DNA from: Janthinobacterium lividum
Lineage (GTDB): Bacteria > Bacteroidota > Bacteroidia > Sphingobacteriales > Sphingobacteriaceae
Direction of reading: 5' to 3'
Assembly: GCA_050954285.1 (NCBI GenBank)
Contig: JBPBPL010000016.1
Location: 4,858 to 68,857 of the forward strand
DNA length: 64,000 bases
Shown: one piece after another, positions 48,213-57,910 of the stretch
Numbering within the stretch: position 1 is the first letter of the stretch
Layout of the letters: each line of letters opens with the position of its first letter
Made by a program: the position numbers and the translations under genes
The notes under the pieces: generated by a model
What the model was told of the DNA's origin: nothing
Databases searched by the model: none
What the model saw: only the letters and a program-made list of their open reading frames with translations

Positions 48213-49076
48213 ATGGAACAAAAACCAAAGGATTTTTCGGGAGAAGAAAAACAGAAGTCTCAACCGGGAATTGAAGAACAGATGGATCCAAAACCAGAAT
48301 ATATCAATGAAAACTATAAAGGTTCGGATAAATTAAAAGGTAAAAAAGCGTTGATTACCGGCGGCGATAGTGGCATTGGCCGTGCAGTTGCCATACATTT
48401 TGCGCGTGAAGGTGCTGATGTAGCCATTGTTTATTTGGGTGAAGATGAGGATGCAGAGAAAACCAAAAAATTAATTGAAGCAGAAGGCCGTAAAGCGTTG
48501 CTGATAAAAGGTGATGTTGCTGATCCGGAAACCAGTGTAAAAGCGGTACAGCAAACCGTTGATGCTTTTGGCGGATTGAATATTTTGGTGAACAATGCCG
48601 GGCAGCAATATCCGCAGAAAGATATTTCCGGCATCAGTAATGAGCAGTTGGAAAAAGTTTTCAAGACCAATATTTTCGCCCATTTTTACTTTGCAAAAGA
48701 AGCATTAAAGCATTTGCAGGAAGGCGATTGCATCATCAATACCACTTCGGTTACGGCTTATCGGTCGTCGCCCAGTTTACTGGATTATTCTTCTACTAAA
48801 GGCGCGATCGTATCTTTCACCCGCTCATTAGGAACGAATCTGGCAGAGAAAAAAATTCGCGTAAACGGCGTTGCGCCAGGTCCGATCTGGACGCCTTTGA
48901 TTGTTTCAACTTTTGATGAAGAAAAAATAGAAAGTTTTGGTAAAGACGTACCGCTTGGTCGTGCAGGCCAGCCATCGGAAGTTGCACCGGCATATATTTT
49001 TCTGGCTTCGCAGGATGCATCTTACATTACCGGACAAGTTATTCATGTAAATGGTGGGGAAATAGTAAACGGCTAA
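48213..49076 (+). CDS. SDR-family oxidoreductase (YhxC/YdaD general-stress type)
   Basis: ITGGDSGIGRA cofactor motif, NNAG, and a YSSTK catalytic Tyr/Lys. Confidence 0.92.
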   Translation: MEQKPKDFSGEEKQKSQPGIEEQMDPKPEYINENYKGSDKLKGKKALITGGDSGIGRAVAIHFAREGADVAIVYLGEDEDAEKTKKLIEAEGRKALLIKGDVADPETSVKAVQQTVDAFGGLNILVNNAGQQYPQKDISGISNEQLEKVFKTNIFAHFYFAKEALKHLQEGDCIINTTSVTAYRSSPSLLDYSSTKGAIVSFTRSLGTNLAEKKIRVNGVAPGPIWTPLIVSTFDEEKIESFGKDVPLGRAGQPSEVAPAYIFLASQDASYITGQVIHVNGGEIVNG

Positions 49077-49103
49077 ACGGTTTAAACATTTTTAACTTTA
49101 CTG

Positions 49104-49131
49104 GCCGGAATAATTTATTCCGGCTTTTTTT
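49104..49131 (+). terminator. rho-independent terminator after the SDR gene
   Basis: GCCGGAATA-ATT-TATTCCGGC (9-bp perfect stem) followed by TTTTTTT. Confidence 0.85.
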
Positions 49132-49143
49132 GTTTTTACCCTG

Positions 49144-49157
49144 ATGCTTCTTTTACC
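49144..49157 (+). repeat. family-A motif copy supplying the ORF start codon
   Basis: ATGCTTCTTTTACCAGATAAAAATCC, translated as M-L-L-L-P-D-K-N-P. Confidence 0.9.
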
Positions 49158-49869
49158 AGATAAAAATCCGCTTTTTAATCACGACATAGTTCTGCTACTG
49201 GAAAAAGAAATTGCTGCGCTGGAAGCGGAATTAATTGCGCTGGAAACCGAAATCAATATTTTTCAGGCCCAGATCCGTTCTGCTTTATCGCCCCAGATTC
49301 TGCGTATTCAGGAATTGACAATCATTTATAAAAATCAAAAGCAGCTAAAAAAAATAAAGCGTTTAGAGCAGAAAAAGCGCGGGAAGAATTATCAAGAACC
49401 GGTTGGTTTGAAGGCGAATAATGCTTCTTTTATCGCACAAAATTTGGTTTCTGCAGATGAGCAGCAGGAATTGAAACGGTTGTATAAAGAAGCGATTGTA
49501 CAAGTTCATCCCGATAAGTTTGTGGATGCGGATGAAGCTTTAAACGAGCGGGCAACAGCGGTAACCAGTCAACTGATTGAAGTTTACAAAAGAGGAGATC
49601 TGGAAGAACTGAACCGTTTGCACGAACATATTATTAGTGGAAACGCGCTGACTTATCTGCCAGATCAGCCGGAAACGGTGAATGATCCGCAGGCGATGAT
49701 GCTGTTTTTACAGGATAAAAAACGTAAACTGCAAAAGCTGCTGCTGGAAATTAAAACTTCGGCTATTTATGAATTGTGGCTGAACCGGAAAGATATTCCG
49801 ACTTTGATTTCGGAATTGAAAATTGAGTTTGAGGAACGGATATTAATTTTGGTAAAACGAACCCAATAG
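49144..49869 (+). CDS. J-domain-like protein with N-terminal coiled coil
   Basis: LKRLYKEAIVQVHPDKF contains the HPD tripeptide. The start ATG is the first triplet of a dispersed-motif copy. Confidence 0.6.
   Translation: MLLLPDKNPLFNHDIVLLLEKEIAALEAELIALETEINIFQAQIRSALSPQILRIQELTIIYKNQKQLKKIKRLEQKKRGKNYQEPVGLKANNASFIAQNLVSADEQQELKRLYKEAIVQVHPDKFVDADEALNERATAVTSQLIEVYKRGDLEELNRLHEHIISGNALTYLPDQPETVNDPQAMMLFLQDKKRKLQKLLLEIKTSAIYELWLNRKDIPTLISELKIEFEERILILVKRTQ
49421..49434 (+). repeat. family-A motif copy inside the J-domain-like CDS
   Basis: ATGCTTCTTTTATCGCACAAAATTTGG, read as N-A-S-F-I-A-Q-N-L. Confidence 0.92.
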
Positions 49870-49925
49870 CAGCCACACAAATTTTGGCTGCTTCTGTTGA
49901 ATCCTCAGTTTTAACAACGCATTTC

Positions 49926-50690
49926 ATGGATATGATCACCAATACTGATTTTCAAAAGGAAGAAATCAACCCAAAAGAAACCCTGATTTTTCTACATTAT
50001 TTTGGCGGATCAGCGCAAAGCTGGCAATGGCTTGTTCCGCTTCTGCAAGAAGATTATAACTGTATTGCGCTGAGTTTGCCAGGTTTTGGTGAAGAACCAG
50101 CGTTGGATGAACCTTCGATTGCAGGCTTTACTTCTTTTATCATGCAAAAACTGGATTCAATGAATGTGGAATCTTATGTGTTGGTCGGCCATTCCATGAG
50201 TGGGAAAATTGCGGTAGATATGGCGGCCAATGATCCAAACTTTAGCATCAAACAATTGATTTTGGTTGCACCTTCTCCGCCAACTGTTGAACAGATTTCT
50301 GAAAAAAGCAAGCAGCAGATGCTTAATCATCCAAACCGGGAGCAAGCGGAAAAAACGGTGGAAAGTATCACTCTGAAACCCATTATGGAAGAACAGCGGG
50401 AACTGATCATCAAAAATAACCTGGAAGCGGACGATAAAACCTGGAAATGGTGGGTTTTGGAAGGTTCCAGTCATTCTATCGCCAATGATGATGAACATTT
50501 GTTTTTGCCGATTACGGTGCTTGCTTCGGAAGATGACCCGGCAATCAGTTTTGAAAGTGTTTTGGAAGAAAGTTTGCCACATCTGCCTGATGCTAAATTA
50601 GTTACGATAAAAGGAGTAGGACATCTGAGCCCGATAGAAGCACCGGAATGGCTGGCAGCGCAAATTCGGCAGGCCATTATCAAAGAGTAA
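49926..50690 (+). CDS. alpha/beta hydrolase
   Basis: GHSMSG nucleophile elbow and a C-terminal GVGHLSPIE histidine. The track begins at TTG 49884; the ATG at 49926 (MDMITN...) is more plausible. Confidence 0.8.
   Translation: MDMITNTDFQKEEINPKETLIFLHYFGGSAQSWQWLVPLLQEDYNCIALSLPGFGEEPALDEPSIAGFTSFIMQKLDSMNVESYVLVGHSMSGKIAVDMAANDPNFSIKQLILVAPSPPTVEQISEKSKQQMLNHPNREQAEKTVESITLKPIMEEQRELIIKNNLEADDKTWKWWVLEGSSHSIANDDEHLFLPITVLASEDDPAISFESVLEESLPHLPDAKLVTIKGVGHLSPIEAPEWLAAQIRQAIIKE
50128..50141 (+). repeat. family-A motif copy (13/14) inside the hydrolase CDS
   Basis: TTACTTCTTTTATCATGCAAAAACTGG, read as F-T-S-F-I-M-Q-K-L. Confidence 0.85.
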
Positions 50691-50765
50691 TTAGCAGCAT
50701 AAAAGGATTAGTTTATGCTGAAATGCGACAAGAAATTGAAAACACACGTTCTTTACTTTGGACAG

Positions 50766-51728
50766 ATGAAAACCAAGATTTTATTTACGGCGCTGCTGGT
50801 TATTAGCGATTTGCTGTCCAATGCGCAGTTTGTGAAACAGCATGGCAAATTGCAGGTTGTGGGCACGCAATTGCAGGACGCTCATGGCCAGCCCATCGTT
50901 TTACGCGGAATGAGTTATGGCTGGCACAACTTCTGGCCACAATATTACAATGCAGGAACGGTAAACTGGTTGCATCAGGATTGGAATTGTACGGTTTTGC
51001 GCGCGGCAATGGGCGTGGATCCGGCTAAAGGTTATATGGAAGACCCGGAAGGTTCTAAAGCAATAATCGAAAAAGTAGTTGATGCGGCGATCAAAGAAGG
51101 GATTTATGTACTGATCGATTTCCACAGCCATCATGTGCATCTCCAGGAAGCCAAAACATTTTTTACGGAGATGGCCAAAAAATATGGCAAGCAACCGAAT
51201 GTGATTTATGAGATTTTTAATGAGCCAGATGATCATACCAACTGGCCGGAAGTAAAAGCCTATGCACAGGAGGTAGTTGCTACCATTCGTGCGATCGATC
51301 CGGATAATGTGATTTTGATCGGAAATCCACACTGGGATCAGGATGTAAACGTTGCTGCGGATGATCCGCTCGCCAATGTAAGCAACGTAATGTACACCTG
51401 CCATTTTTACGCCGCTACGCACAAACAATCTTTACGGGATCGTTGCGATTATGCGTTAAAAAAAGGTTTGCCAATTTTTATTTCAGAATCAGCAGGAATG
51501 GAAGCAAGCGGCAACGGACCAATTAATATGCCTGAATGGCAAAATTGGATTGATTGGTGTGAAAACCATAAAATCAGCTGGATTACGTGGTCGGTTTCTG
51601 ATAAAGATGAAACCTGCTCCGTGCTGAAAGCCGGTGCTAATGCAACAGGCAGTTGGAAAGAAAGTGATTTAAAAGAATCAGGTATCAAAAGCCGTGAATT
51701 TTTGAAAAAGTACAACACCCGGCAATAG
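50766..51728 (+). CDS. glycoside hydrolase family 5 endoglucanase (cellulase)
   Basis: VIYEIFNEPD (acid/base Glu) and PIFISESAG (nucleophile Glu). The ATG at 50766 gives the signal peptide MKTKILFTALLVISDLLSNAQ; the track start is 50715. Confidence 0.9.
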   Translation: MKTKILFTALLVISDLLSNAQFVKQHGKLQVVGTQLQDAHGQPIVLRGMSYGWHNFWPQYYNAGTVNWLHQDWNCTVLRAAMGVDPAKGYMEDPEGSKAIIEKVVDAAIKEGIYVLIDFHSHHVHLQEAKTFFTEMAKKYGKQPNVIYEIFNEPDDHTNWPEVKAYAQEVVATIRAIDPDNVILIGNPHWDQDVNVAADDPLANVSNVMYTCHFYAATHKQSLRDRCDYALKKGLPIFISESAGMEASGNGPINMPEWQNWIDWCENHKISWITWSVSDKDETCSVLKAGANATGSWKESDLKESGIKSREFLKKYNTRQ

Positions 51729-51760
51729 TCACTAAATTTAAATTGTCCTGAAGATTAGCT

Positions 51761-52537
51761 ATGCGCGGTAAATTGTTTGAGTTTGAAGATCAAAGCTGGT
51801 TCCCAAATACTATCCGTTCCGGGATGACGGATTTTTTGCGGTATCTAATTAAACTGTTGAATGTATATCAACCCATTGCGCCACTTTTAATTGAAGTACT
51901 GAGCAAAACCAATCAACATCATATTGTTGATTTGGGTTCGGGCGGAGGCGGGGCCATCGAGCAAATTCACCAAAACCTAACCAAATTATCAGCCAAAAAA
52001 ATCACGATCACTTTAACTGATAAATTTCCAAATCCGGCTGCTTGGCAATACATCGAGCAAAAAACAAACCATATGATTGGTTTTTATGCTGATCCGGTGG
52101 ATGCTAATCAAGTTCCGGATACTTTAAAAGGTGTGCGGACTTTGTTTTCGGCAGCTCATCATTTTGAACCGGCGCAGTTAACCAAAATTTTAGAAGCTGC
52201 CGTTGTTCAAAGAGCAGGAATAGGTTTGTTTGATGGCGGCAGCAAAAGCTGGTGGATGCTATTAGGCGCCATTTTGTTTCAACCACTGATATTTTTTGTT
52301 TTTACGCCTTTTATTCGCCCCTTCAAAATCTCCCGGATACTGCTCACTTATCTCGTTCCGGTTATTCCCTTTTGTACGGTTTGGGATGGTTGTGTATCGA
52401 TTTCGAGGTTATATCGGCCAAAAGAATTATTGCAATTAGCAGAATCTTTATCTGCAAAAAATTATATCTGGAAGGCTGGACGCGTAAAAAATAAGCTGGG
52501 TTTGCAAGTTGCTTATTTAATTGGTTATCCTATTTAA
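51761..52537 (+). CDS. class I SAM-dependent methyltransferase-like protein with C-terminal TM segments
   Basis: VDLGSGGGGAI motif I. Two hydrophobic segments lie near the C-terminus. Confidence 0.6.
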   Translation: MRGKLFEFEDQSWFPNTIRSGMTDFLRYLIKLLNVYQPIAPLLIEVLSKTNQHHIVDLGSGGGGAIEQIHQNLTKLSAKKITITLTDKFPNPAAWQYIEQKTNHMIGFYADPVDANQVPDTLKGVRTLFSAAHHFEPAQLTKILEAAVVQRAGIGLFDGGSKSWWMLLGAILFQPLIFFVFTPFIRPFKISRILLTYLVPVIPFCTVWDGCVSISRLYRPKELLQLAESLSAKNYIWKAGRVKNKLGLQVAYLIGYPI

Positions 52538-52554
52538 CTCAATAAATTTAGGGC

Positions 52555-52568
52555 GATAAAAGAAGTAT
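52555..52568 (-). repeat. family-A motif copy after the methyltransferase-like stop
   Basis: Reverse complement reads ATACTTCTTTTATCGCCCTAAATTTATTG. Confidence 0.9.
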
Positions 52569-52598
52569 CAGTAAATTTTGCTTACAAAAATAGTACAC

Positions 52599-53195
52599 AT
52601 GATTTTCGATTTTTCTACTGATTATATTTTAGAAGATGAAGCTGCTATACTTCGTCCGCTAACGCAAGATGATTACAAGCTGTTGCTTCCATTTGCTTTG
52701 CAAGAAACCAACATCTGGAAATATTCTTTGATACCTGCAGCCGGGGCAGAAAACTTGAAAAGATACATTGAATCTGCTTTAATTGCACGAAAAGAAAAAC
52801 GGGAATACGCATTTATCGTATTCGATAAAAAGCAACAAAAATATGCCGGCTGTACGCGTTTTTATGATATTCAGCTTCAAAATAAAACCCTGCAACTGGG
52901 CTATACCTGGTACGGAAAAGATTTTCAGGGAACCGGTTTAAACAAACATTGCAAGTTTTTACTACTTGATTTTGCTTTTGAAAAAATGGAAATGGAACGG
53001 GTAGAATTTCGCGCAGATAACAACAATAAAAGAAGTATTGCCGCTATGCAAAGCATCGGCTGCACAATAGAGGGCGTGTTGCGAAAGCATTTGCCTTTGC
53101 CGGATGGCAACCGCCGGGATAGTATAGTTCTGAGTATTTTAAAAGATGAATGGATAGCCGGTTTAAAAGCAAATCTTCAGCAAAAGCTAACGTAG
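52599..53195 (+). CDS. GNAT-family N-acetyltransferase (RimJ/RimL-like)
   Basis: ILRPLTQDD...FQGTGLNKHCKFLLLDFAFE...RVEFRADNNNKRS pattern. The track start is TTG 52578; the ATG at 52599 is more likely. Confidence 0.85.
   Translation: MIFDFSTDYILEDEAAILRPLTQDDYKLLLPFALQETNIWKYSLIPAAGAENLKRYIESALIARKEKREYAFIVFDKKQQKYAGCTRFYDIQLQNKTLQLGYTWYGKDFQGTGLNKHCKFLLLDFAFEKMEMERVEFRADNNNKRSIAAMQSIGCTIEGVLRKHLPLPDGNRRDSIVLSILKDEWIAGLKANLQQKLT
53025..53038 (-). repeat. family-A core only (13/14, no extension) inside the GNAT CDS
   Basis: AATAAAAGAAGTAT, read as N-K-R-S-I. Confidence 0.6.
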
Positions 53196-53213
53196 ATGGA
53201 GGTAAATAAGTAT

Positions 53214-53227
53214 ATACTGTTTTTATC
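53214..53227 (+). repeat. family-B variant motif copy after the GNAT stop
   Basis: ATACTGTTTTTATCAGTCTAAATATCAGG. Confidence 0.88.
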
Positions 53228-53298
53228 AGTCTAAATATCAGGATGGCATTTTGTTGTCAAAATCCCAACTTTTTTACCTGTAAAATTGTATTATCAGT

Positions 53299-53778
53299 AT
53301 GAATGCGATAACGGTGATTATTGAAAGTCCAAAAGGTGCGGGCCACAAGTATGATTATGAACCTGAATTAAATTGTTTCAAACTAAAAAAAATCTTACCC
53401 GCCGGACTCGTTTTTCCGTTTGATTTTGGTTTTATTGTAAAAACAAAAGGCGAAGACGATGATCCGCTGGATGTATTGGTGATTTCAGAAATTCAAACTT
53501 TCCCCGGATGCTGCATGGATTGCCGGATTATTGGCGTAATCAAAGCCAACCAAACCGAGCGCGATGGCAAAACGCTGCGTAATGATCGGTTTTTGGCTGT
53601 GCCCGAAGTTTCTCAGTTGTATAAAGATGTGCACGAAATACATCAAATACCAAAAGGAATGATTGATCAGATCGAAAACTTTTTTATAAATTATAATAAT
53701 CAGGCCGGTAAGAAATTTGAAATATTAGGCAGAGAAACTGCTGCAGCAGCTTTTAAAATGATTGACATTAAAGCCTGA
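53299..53778 (+). CDS. ppa: inorganic pyrophosphatase (family I, divergent)
   Basis: ESPKGAGHKYDYE, FDFGFI, DDDPLDVLV and DRFLAVP correspond to the family I motif set. Confidence 0.8.
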   Translation: MNAITVIIESPKGAGHKYDYEPELNCFKLKKILPAGLVFPFDFGFIVKTKGEDDDPLDVLVISEIQTFPGCCMDCRIIGVIKANQTERDGKTLRNDRFLAVPEVSQLYKDVHEIHQIPKGMIDQIENFFINYNNQAGKKFEILGRETAAAAFKMIDIKA

Positions 53779-53782
53779 TTAA

Positions 53783-54307
53783 ATGATATTTACAGAAAAC
53801 CCGGTTATTGTTACCCTCAAAATTAACGCAGAAGCTGCTGCTTATTTTACTGATTTGCGCAAGCAATATTTTCCTGCCGAACGCAATTATCTGGATGCGC
53901 ATTTAACGCTGTTTCATCATTTACCGGGCACTGAGCACTCTTTATTTGAGTTGGTAAAAACAGTATGTGCGCAGCAAAAACTACTATTGCTGCAAGTTGC
54001 ACAAGTAGTTAGCATTGGTGCAGGGGTTGCTTTTAAAATAGAATGCGAAGAGCTTAAAAAAATGCACAAAAATTTGCAGCAACAATGGCAGCAATGGCTT
54101 ACACCTCAAGATAAACAAGCACTTTGGCCGCATATTACGATTCAGAATAAAGTTGACCGTACAACAGCTTTAAAAACGCAACAACAATTGAGCACGAGCT
54201 TTCAACCTTTCGAAATTCAGGGTTTGGGATTATCATTTTGGGAATACCTTGGTGGCCCCTGGAAGTTACTGGAAACGGTTGATTTTATGCCGATAAAAGA
54301 AGTATAA
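53783..54307 (+). CDS. 2H phosphoesterase / 2'-5' RNA ligase-like protein
   Basis: Two HxT-type motifs, HLTLF and HITIQ. Confidence 0.7.
   Translation: MIFTENPVIVTLKINAEAAAYFTDLRKQYFPAERNYLDAHLTLFHHLPGTEHSLFELVKTVCAQQKLLLLQVAQVVSIGAGVAFKIECEELKKMHKNLQQQWQQWLTPQDKQALWPHITIQNKVDRTTALKTQQQLSTSFQPFEIQGLGLSFWEYLGGPWKLLETVDFMPIKEV
54292..54305 (-). repeat. family-A motif copy covering the last codons and stop of the 2H-phosphoesterase gene
   Basis: Reverse complement reads ATACTTCTTTTATCGGCATAAAATCAACC. The gene reads P-I-K-E-V-stop. Confidence 0.92.
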
Positions 54308-54329
54308 GCAAAAAATCAACCTTAACCGT

Positions 54330-54671
54330 TTATTTTTTCAAAGGATCATGTCCCCAGTTTTTTAAAGAATATAACCAGTCTGTATGACTGATATCGCCCT
54401 TCGGTTTTTGCGCGCTGTGCCGGCTGATGTAGGAAATAACTTTATGGATGTGATGATAATCATCCTCACTCAAATCATCTTTTTTGCTTTTCAGGATAGC
54501 AATAATGTGTTTTGCAGATTTTCTTCCGATAGATTCGCCATCGCCGCTATCCTGTCCAACTTCTTTTGATTCATCTTTTTTCAACCAGCTTTCAATTTCT
54601 GAAGCCGACATGTTGACCAAATCCTGAAATTTATCGTATGCTTCTTTCTTGTTTTCTTCTGAGTATATCAT
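54330..54671 (-). CDS. DUF3140-like protein
   Basis: FQDLVNMSASEIESWLKKDESKEVGQ...GRKSAKHIIAILKSKK... pattern. The family assignment is from memory. Confidence 0.6.
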   Translation of the reverse strand: MIYSEENKKEAYDKFQDLVNMSASEIESWLKKDESKEVGQDSGDGESIGRKSAKHIIAILKSKKDDLSEDDYHHIHKVISYISRHSAQKPKGDISHTDWLYSLKNWGHDPLKK

Positions 54672-54746
54672 AAAAACCTGTTTCCTAACTTAACCATAAG
54701 CGAACAGGAAAGTTTAAGCAGATTTTATTTACCCTAAAATCAGTTT

Positions 54747-57464
54747 CTATTGTACTTTGTATCGGTAATTCATCCGGCCAATATTGCCGTCTTTATCAAT
54801 TCCTTCGGCAATTACGCGATAATTTCCTTTGCCATCAGCATTGTAAAACTCAAAAGAAGCGTTACCTTTTTCATCTGTTAGCACGCGCGGATTCCAGTAA
54901 ATGGTGCTCCGGTAATCTAAGCCTTGCATCGTGCTGCGGGTAACTTCGTATTTGGGCGAATAAAAAACACGGCTGCTGGTATAGCCTTTCGGCACAAAAG
55001 TAACCTTGCCCGGGTTCGGGATCAGATCCTGAATATCTTTCATCGATACTTTTTTATGCTCTACTTTTTTCATATTTACCACCAGTACGCCATTAGTGCC
55101 ATAAGTACGGTTGATGCCGCTTAAATCATCTTTTAAAAATACTTCAATAGATTCGATTTCAGCTGATTGCAAACTATTTAAGTAAGAAATATCTACCGGC
55201 ATTCCACCTACAAAAGCCTGAACCGGCGTTTTGTTGCCAGCCTGGTAATCCCGGCGCACGTACAGGTTATTATCTACATAAGTTAACCCGAACAAGCTGC
55301 CTTGCAAGCAAGTTAAAAACATGGCACAATCCATCAGCCTGTTTCCAGGGATCAATTGATCGGGGATCATACTCAAACCGGTTAAAGCCGGGTAATCTAC
55401 GTGGCTCGGTTTTTTCACCTCAACTACGCCCTTAATAGTTACCTCTTTAAGCGTGCGGCCATTAAAATATTGCTTTTTACCATTTTGCAGATAAACGTTC
55501 AGCGTACTATCTATATTCAGCACCTCATCCGGCTGCTCCGGATTTTTGTTGACAGCCTGCGCAGCGGTTCCGCTAAGCGTAATCATCATATTTCTATTTC
55601 CTGTACTTCCACCGGCAGTCAGAATTACTTTAGATGAATCCCGAACCAGCACTTTTGGAAAGGTAAAAATACCGTTGGTATTGGTTACCACCTGGGTAGA
55701 AAAATTATGATCAGGCACCTGTAATTTTACCACACCACGTGACAGCGGCAAACCGGAAAGATCCCGTAAAGTACCGCTGATATCGATACCAGCCTCCGGG
55801 TAAAAAGTAATTTCCGGTGAAGTGCCAGCGAGGATGGCCTGGTAATTAAACCTGCGGTACCCTTGTGTCAGCATGAGCACATCCAGTTCGGCAGCAGTTT
55901 GTTCATGTGGGTTTTTGAAGTAATAATTGGGTTTTTCGATATACCCTTTTAGTTCGGAAGTGAGCAAAAGATTAGTCATGATGGTTGTTTCTGCATTTTC
56001 ATCAAATGGAACCTTACTCTCATCAATTACCGCAACCGATAAGTTGGCTTCCGACGGCACCGCTTTATTTTTAGCTGTTACGTTGATTTTGACTTTTTCG
56101 CGGGTAACGTATGCTGTTTTTACCGAACTTAAATTGATACCCAACTGATCGTTGTGCTGAATGAAGACAATGCGTTCTGAAACCGGATGCCCATCCGCAG
56201 AGAACAACGTTAGTTGCACAATCCCCGTTGGGAATTTACTTTTCGGAATCGAAGCACTGTAAACTAAAGCCTGTAAAGGTGTTTTTGCTGCATAACAAAT
56301 AATGCCGCTGCTGCGTGCAATAATGTAAAAAGATTTGTTCTGGTATTTTTTTAGAAAAGTATCATTGGTGGAAATTCTCAAGAATAAATTATTCTCATCC
56401 GTATTATTTATTCCCATACTGATGCCTTCGCTCATTGCTTTTGGCAGGTTAAGGGTTGATTTTGAGCCATCTGCAAAAGTCAAATTTGCCCGGTAGGTTT
56501 TACCAGCTTCGGGTATCAGTGCAAAAGTGCCCATTCCTAAACTGGAACCTGATAAATCTGCCACTGTTTTGCCATCATTATCAACCACCGTACCTTTTGC
56601 ACTAATGCCTAAACCATTGCCAGCTAAAGCTTTAAAAGCAATTTTTGTACTGATGCCGGTAATCAGATCACCGCCTTCCGGGAAAAATTGAACATCAGGC
56701 GTGGCCGTTGCCGTACGTAAAAAAAATGTGTTGGTAGTTGTTTTTTTATCATTGGTAATAACCGTAAATAAAGTTCCGGTAGCAAGTGCTGTACCTGGTT
56801 TTGTATTGATATTGATTGGTAAAAAACCATTTTGATCGGTTGTGCCTTTGCCTTTTGCTACGGTTTCATAATCCACTTCTACATGCCAGCTTACTTTTTT
56901 GTTGGCATAAGGTGTGCCGTTTCCATCTTTATAATAAATGCCGGCGTTGGCTTTGGCGGGATTATCTTTTGCAGCACCTGAAAATGCTATTTTGGTGAGT
57001 ACTGTATTCTCCACTAAATCGCCAATAGCAATATTTTTATTAAAGAAATAATCCGGATCGTAGTTGCGCATATAGTTGGTATAAGCGCGGATATGATAAT
57101 TGCCCTGTTTGTAAACCAAGGGCTGCAAAGTAATATCGGCAGAAGCAATGCTGTTGACAACAGGCAATTTCAGGCTTTCTATCAATGAATCCCGGTTGGT
57201 ATAAACATCTATATAAACAATTTTGCTTAGTAAGGATGGCTCGTGCAAACCGGCAGTAAGGTAGGCTTTGAACCAAATGGTATCGCCAACCGCATAATAA
57301 GGCTTATCAAAGTGAAGGTAAACTTTTTCGACTGGATGATCTTCTGTAAACTTGGCCGTTTTGGCAATAATAGTGTTTAAACTAACGGTATCCTGAGCAA
57401 AAAGGGTAGAACTGAAAACGGCAAATAAAAAAAGTGTACAGTATAAAAACCTGGCCAAGCGCAT
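54747..57464 (-). CDS. large secreted protein (MG2/carboxypeptidase-regulatory-like N-terminal domains, Plug-like region near the C-terminus)
   Basis: Signal peptide ending FAQ. KVYLHFDKPYYAVGDTIWFKAY is MG2-like. IESIEVFLKD...YGTNGVLVVNMKK is Plug-like. Confidence 0.75.
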   Translation of the reverse strand: MRLARFLYCTLFLFAVFSSTLFAQDTVSLNTIIAKTAKFTEDHPVEKVYLHFDKPYYAVGDTIWFKAYLTAGLHEPSLLSKIVYIDVYTNRDSLIESLKLPVVNSIASADITLQPLVYKQGNYHIRAYTNYMRNYDPDYFFNKNIAIGDLVENTVLTKIAFSGAAKDNPAKANAGIYYKDGNGTPYANKKVSWHVEVDYETVAKGKGTTDQNGFLPININTKPGTALATGTLFTVITNDKKTTTNTFFLRTATATPDVQFFPEGGDLITGISTKIAFKALAGNGLGISAKGTVVDNDGKTVADLSGSSLGMGTFALIPEAGKTYRANLTFADGSKSTLNLPKAMSEGISMGINNTDENNLFLRISTNDTFLKKYQNKSFYIIARSSGIICYAAKTPLQALVYSASIPKSKFPTGIVQLTLFSADGHPVSERIVFIQHNDQLGINLSSVKTAYVTREKVKINVTAKNKAVPSEANLSVAVIDESKVPFDENAETTIMTNLLLTSELKGYIEKPNYYFKNPHEQTAAELDVLMLTQGYRRFNYQAILAGTSPEITFYPEAGIDISGTLRDLSGLPLSRGVVKLQVPDHNFSTQVVTNTNGIFTFPKVLVRDSSKVILTAGGSTGNRNMMITLSGTAAQAVNKNPEQPDEVLNIDSTLNVYLQNGKKQYFNGRTLKEVTIKGVVEVKKPSHVDYPALTGLSMIPDQLIPGNRLMDCAMFLTCLQGSLFGLTYVDNNLYVRRDYQAGNKTPVQAFVGGMPVDISYLNSLQSAEIESIEVFLKDDLSGINRTYGTNGVLVVNMKKVEHKKVSMKDIQDLIPNPGKVTFVPKGYTSSRVFYSPKYEVTRSTMQGLDYRSTIYWNPRVLTDEKGNASFEFYNADGKGNYRVIAEGIDKDGNIGRMNYRYKVQ
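56111..56124 (+). repeat. family-B variant motif copy inside the large secreted-protein CDS
   Basis: ATGCTGTTTTTACCGAACTTAAATTGATACC. The gene reads V-K-T-A-Y. Confidence 0.8.
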
Positions 57465-57560
57465 ATATAAAAATGTTTTTTAAAGAAGGCTAAATATAAC
57501 TATTAACGCCGGGCATGGGCAAAAGCGTGTTTATTTTAACACTTTTTTACATTTGGGCTA

Positions 57561-57631
57561 ATGCTGTTTTTAACGCATAAAAAAAACGACGGACAATTTA
57601 GCCGTCGTTTTTTAGTAGATAAAAGAAGTAT
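57561..57631. repeat. 71-bp long imperfect palindrome: family-B copy (+), GC stem-loop, family-A copy (-)
   Basis: Left arm is ATGCTGTTTTTAACGCATAAAAAAAACGACGG. The right arm's reverse complement is ATACTTCTTTTATCTACTAAAAAACGACGG. Confidence 0.9.
57586..57613. terminator. bidirectional terminator; serves the minus-strand GH-A-like gene
   Basis: AAAAAAA-ACGACGG-ACAATTTAG-CCGTCGT-TTTTT, embedded in the 71-bp palindrome. Confidence 0.75.
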
Positions 57632-57762
57632 TGTATTCGGTTACTGATAAACAAAAATTTATTTTGTCAAATATTTGTTGAGCCAGATCAATAAAGATAT
57701 TTAACCATTAATTATTTTTAAAGTAAAGCTAAAGCCTGCTTAATTTCCATCAAAAAATGCTT

Positions 57763-57857
57763 ATACTTCTTTTATACCTGTAAATTTCGGTTTGTAACCG
57801 ATACCATTAGAAAAAAGTACAATACCTTTCACAATTTTAGGTCGATAAAAGAAGCAT
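57763..57857. repeat. 95-bp composite element bounded by inverted family-A copies
   Basis: ATACTTCTTTTATACCTGTAAATTT at 57763 (+) and GATAAAAGAAGCAT at 57844-57857 (-). Same length and shared internal blocks (GAT.C...A.AAAAAAG.ACA) as 2930-3024. Confidence 0.9.
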
Positions 57858-57910
57858 CAAAAAAATCCTGAATGAGATTTAAACAGACTTTGCTCTTTAA
57901 TTAATTACAA

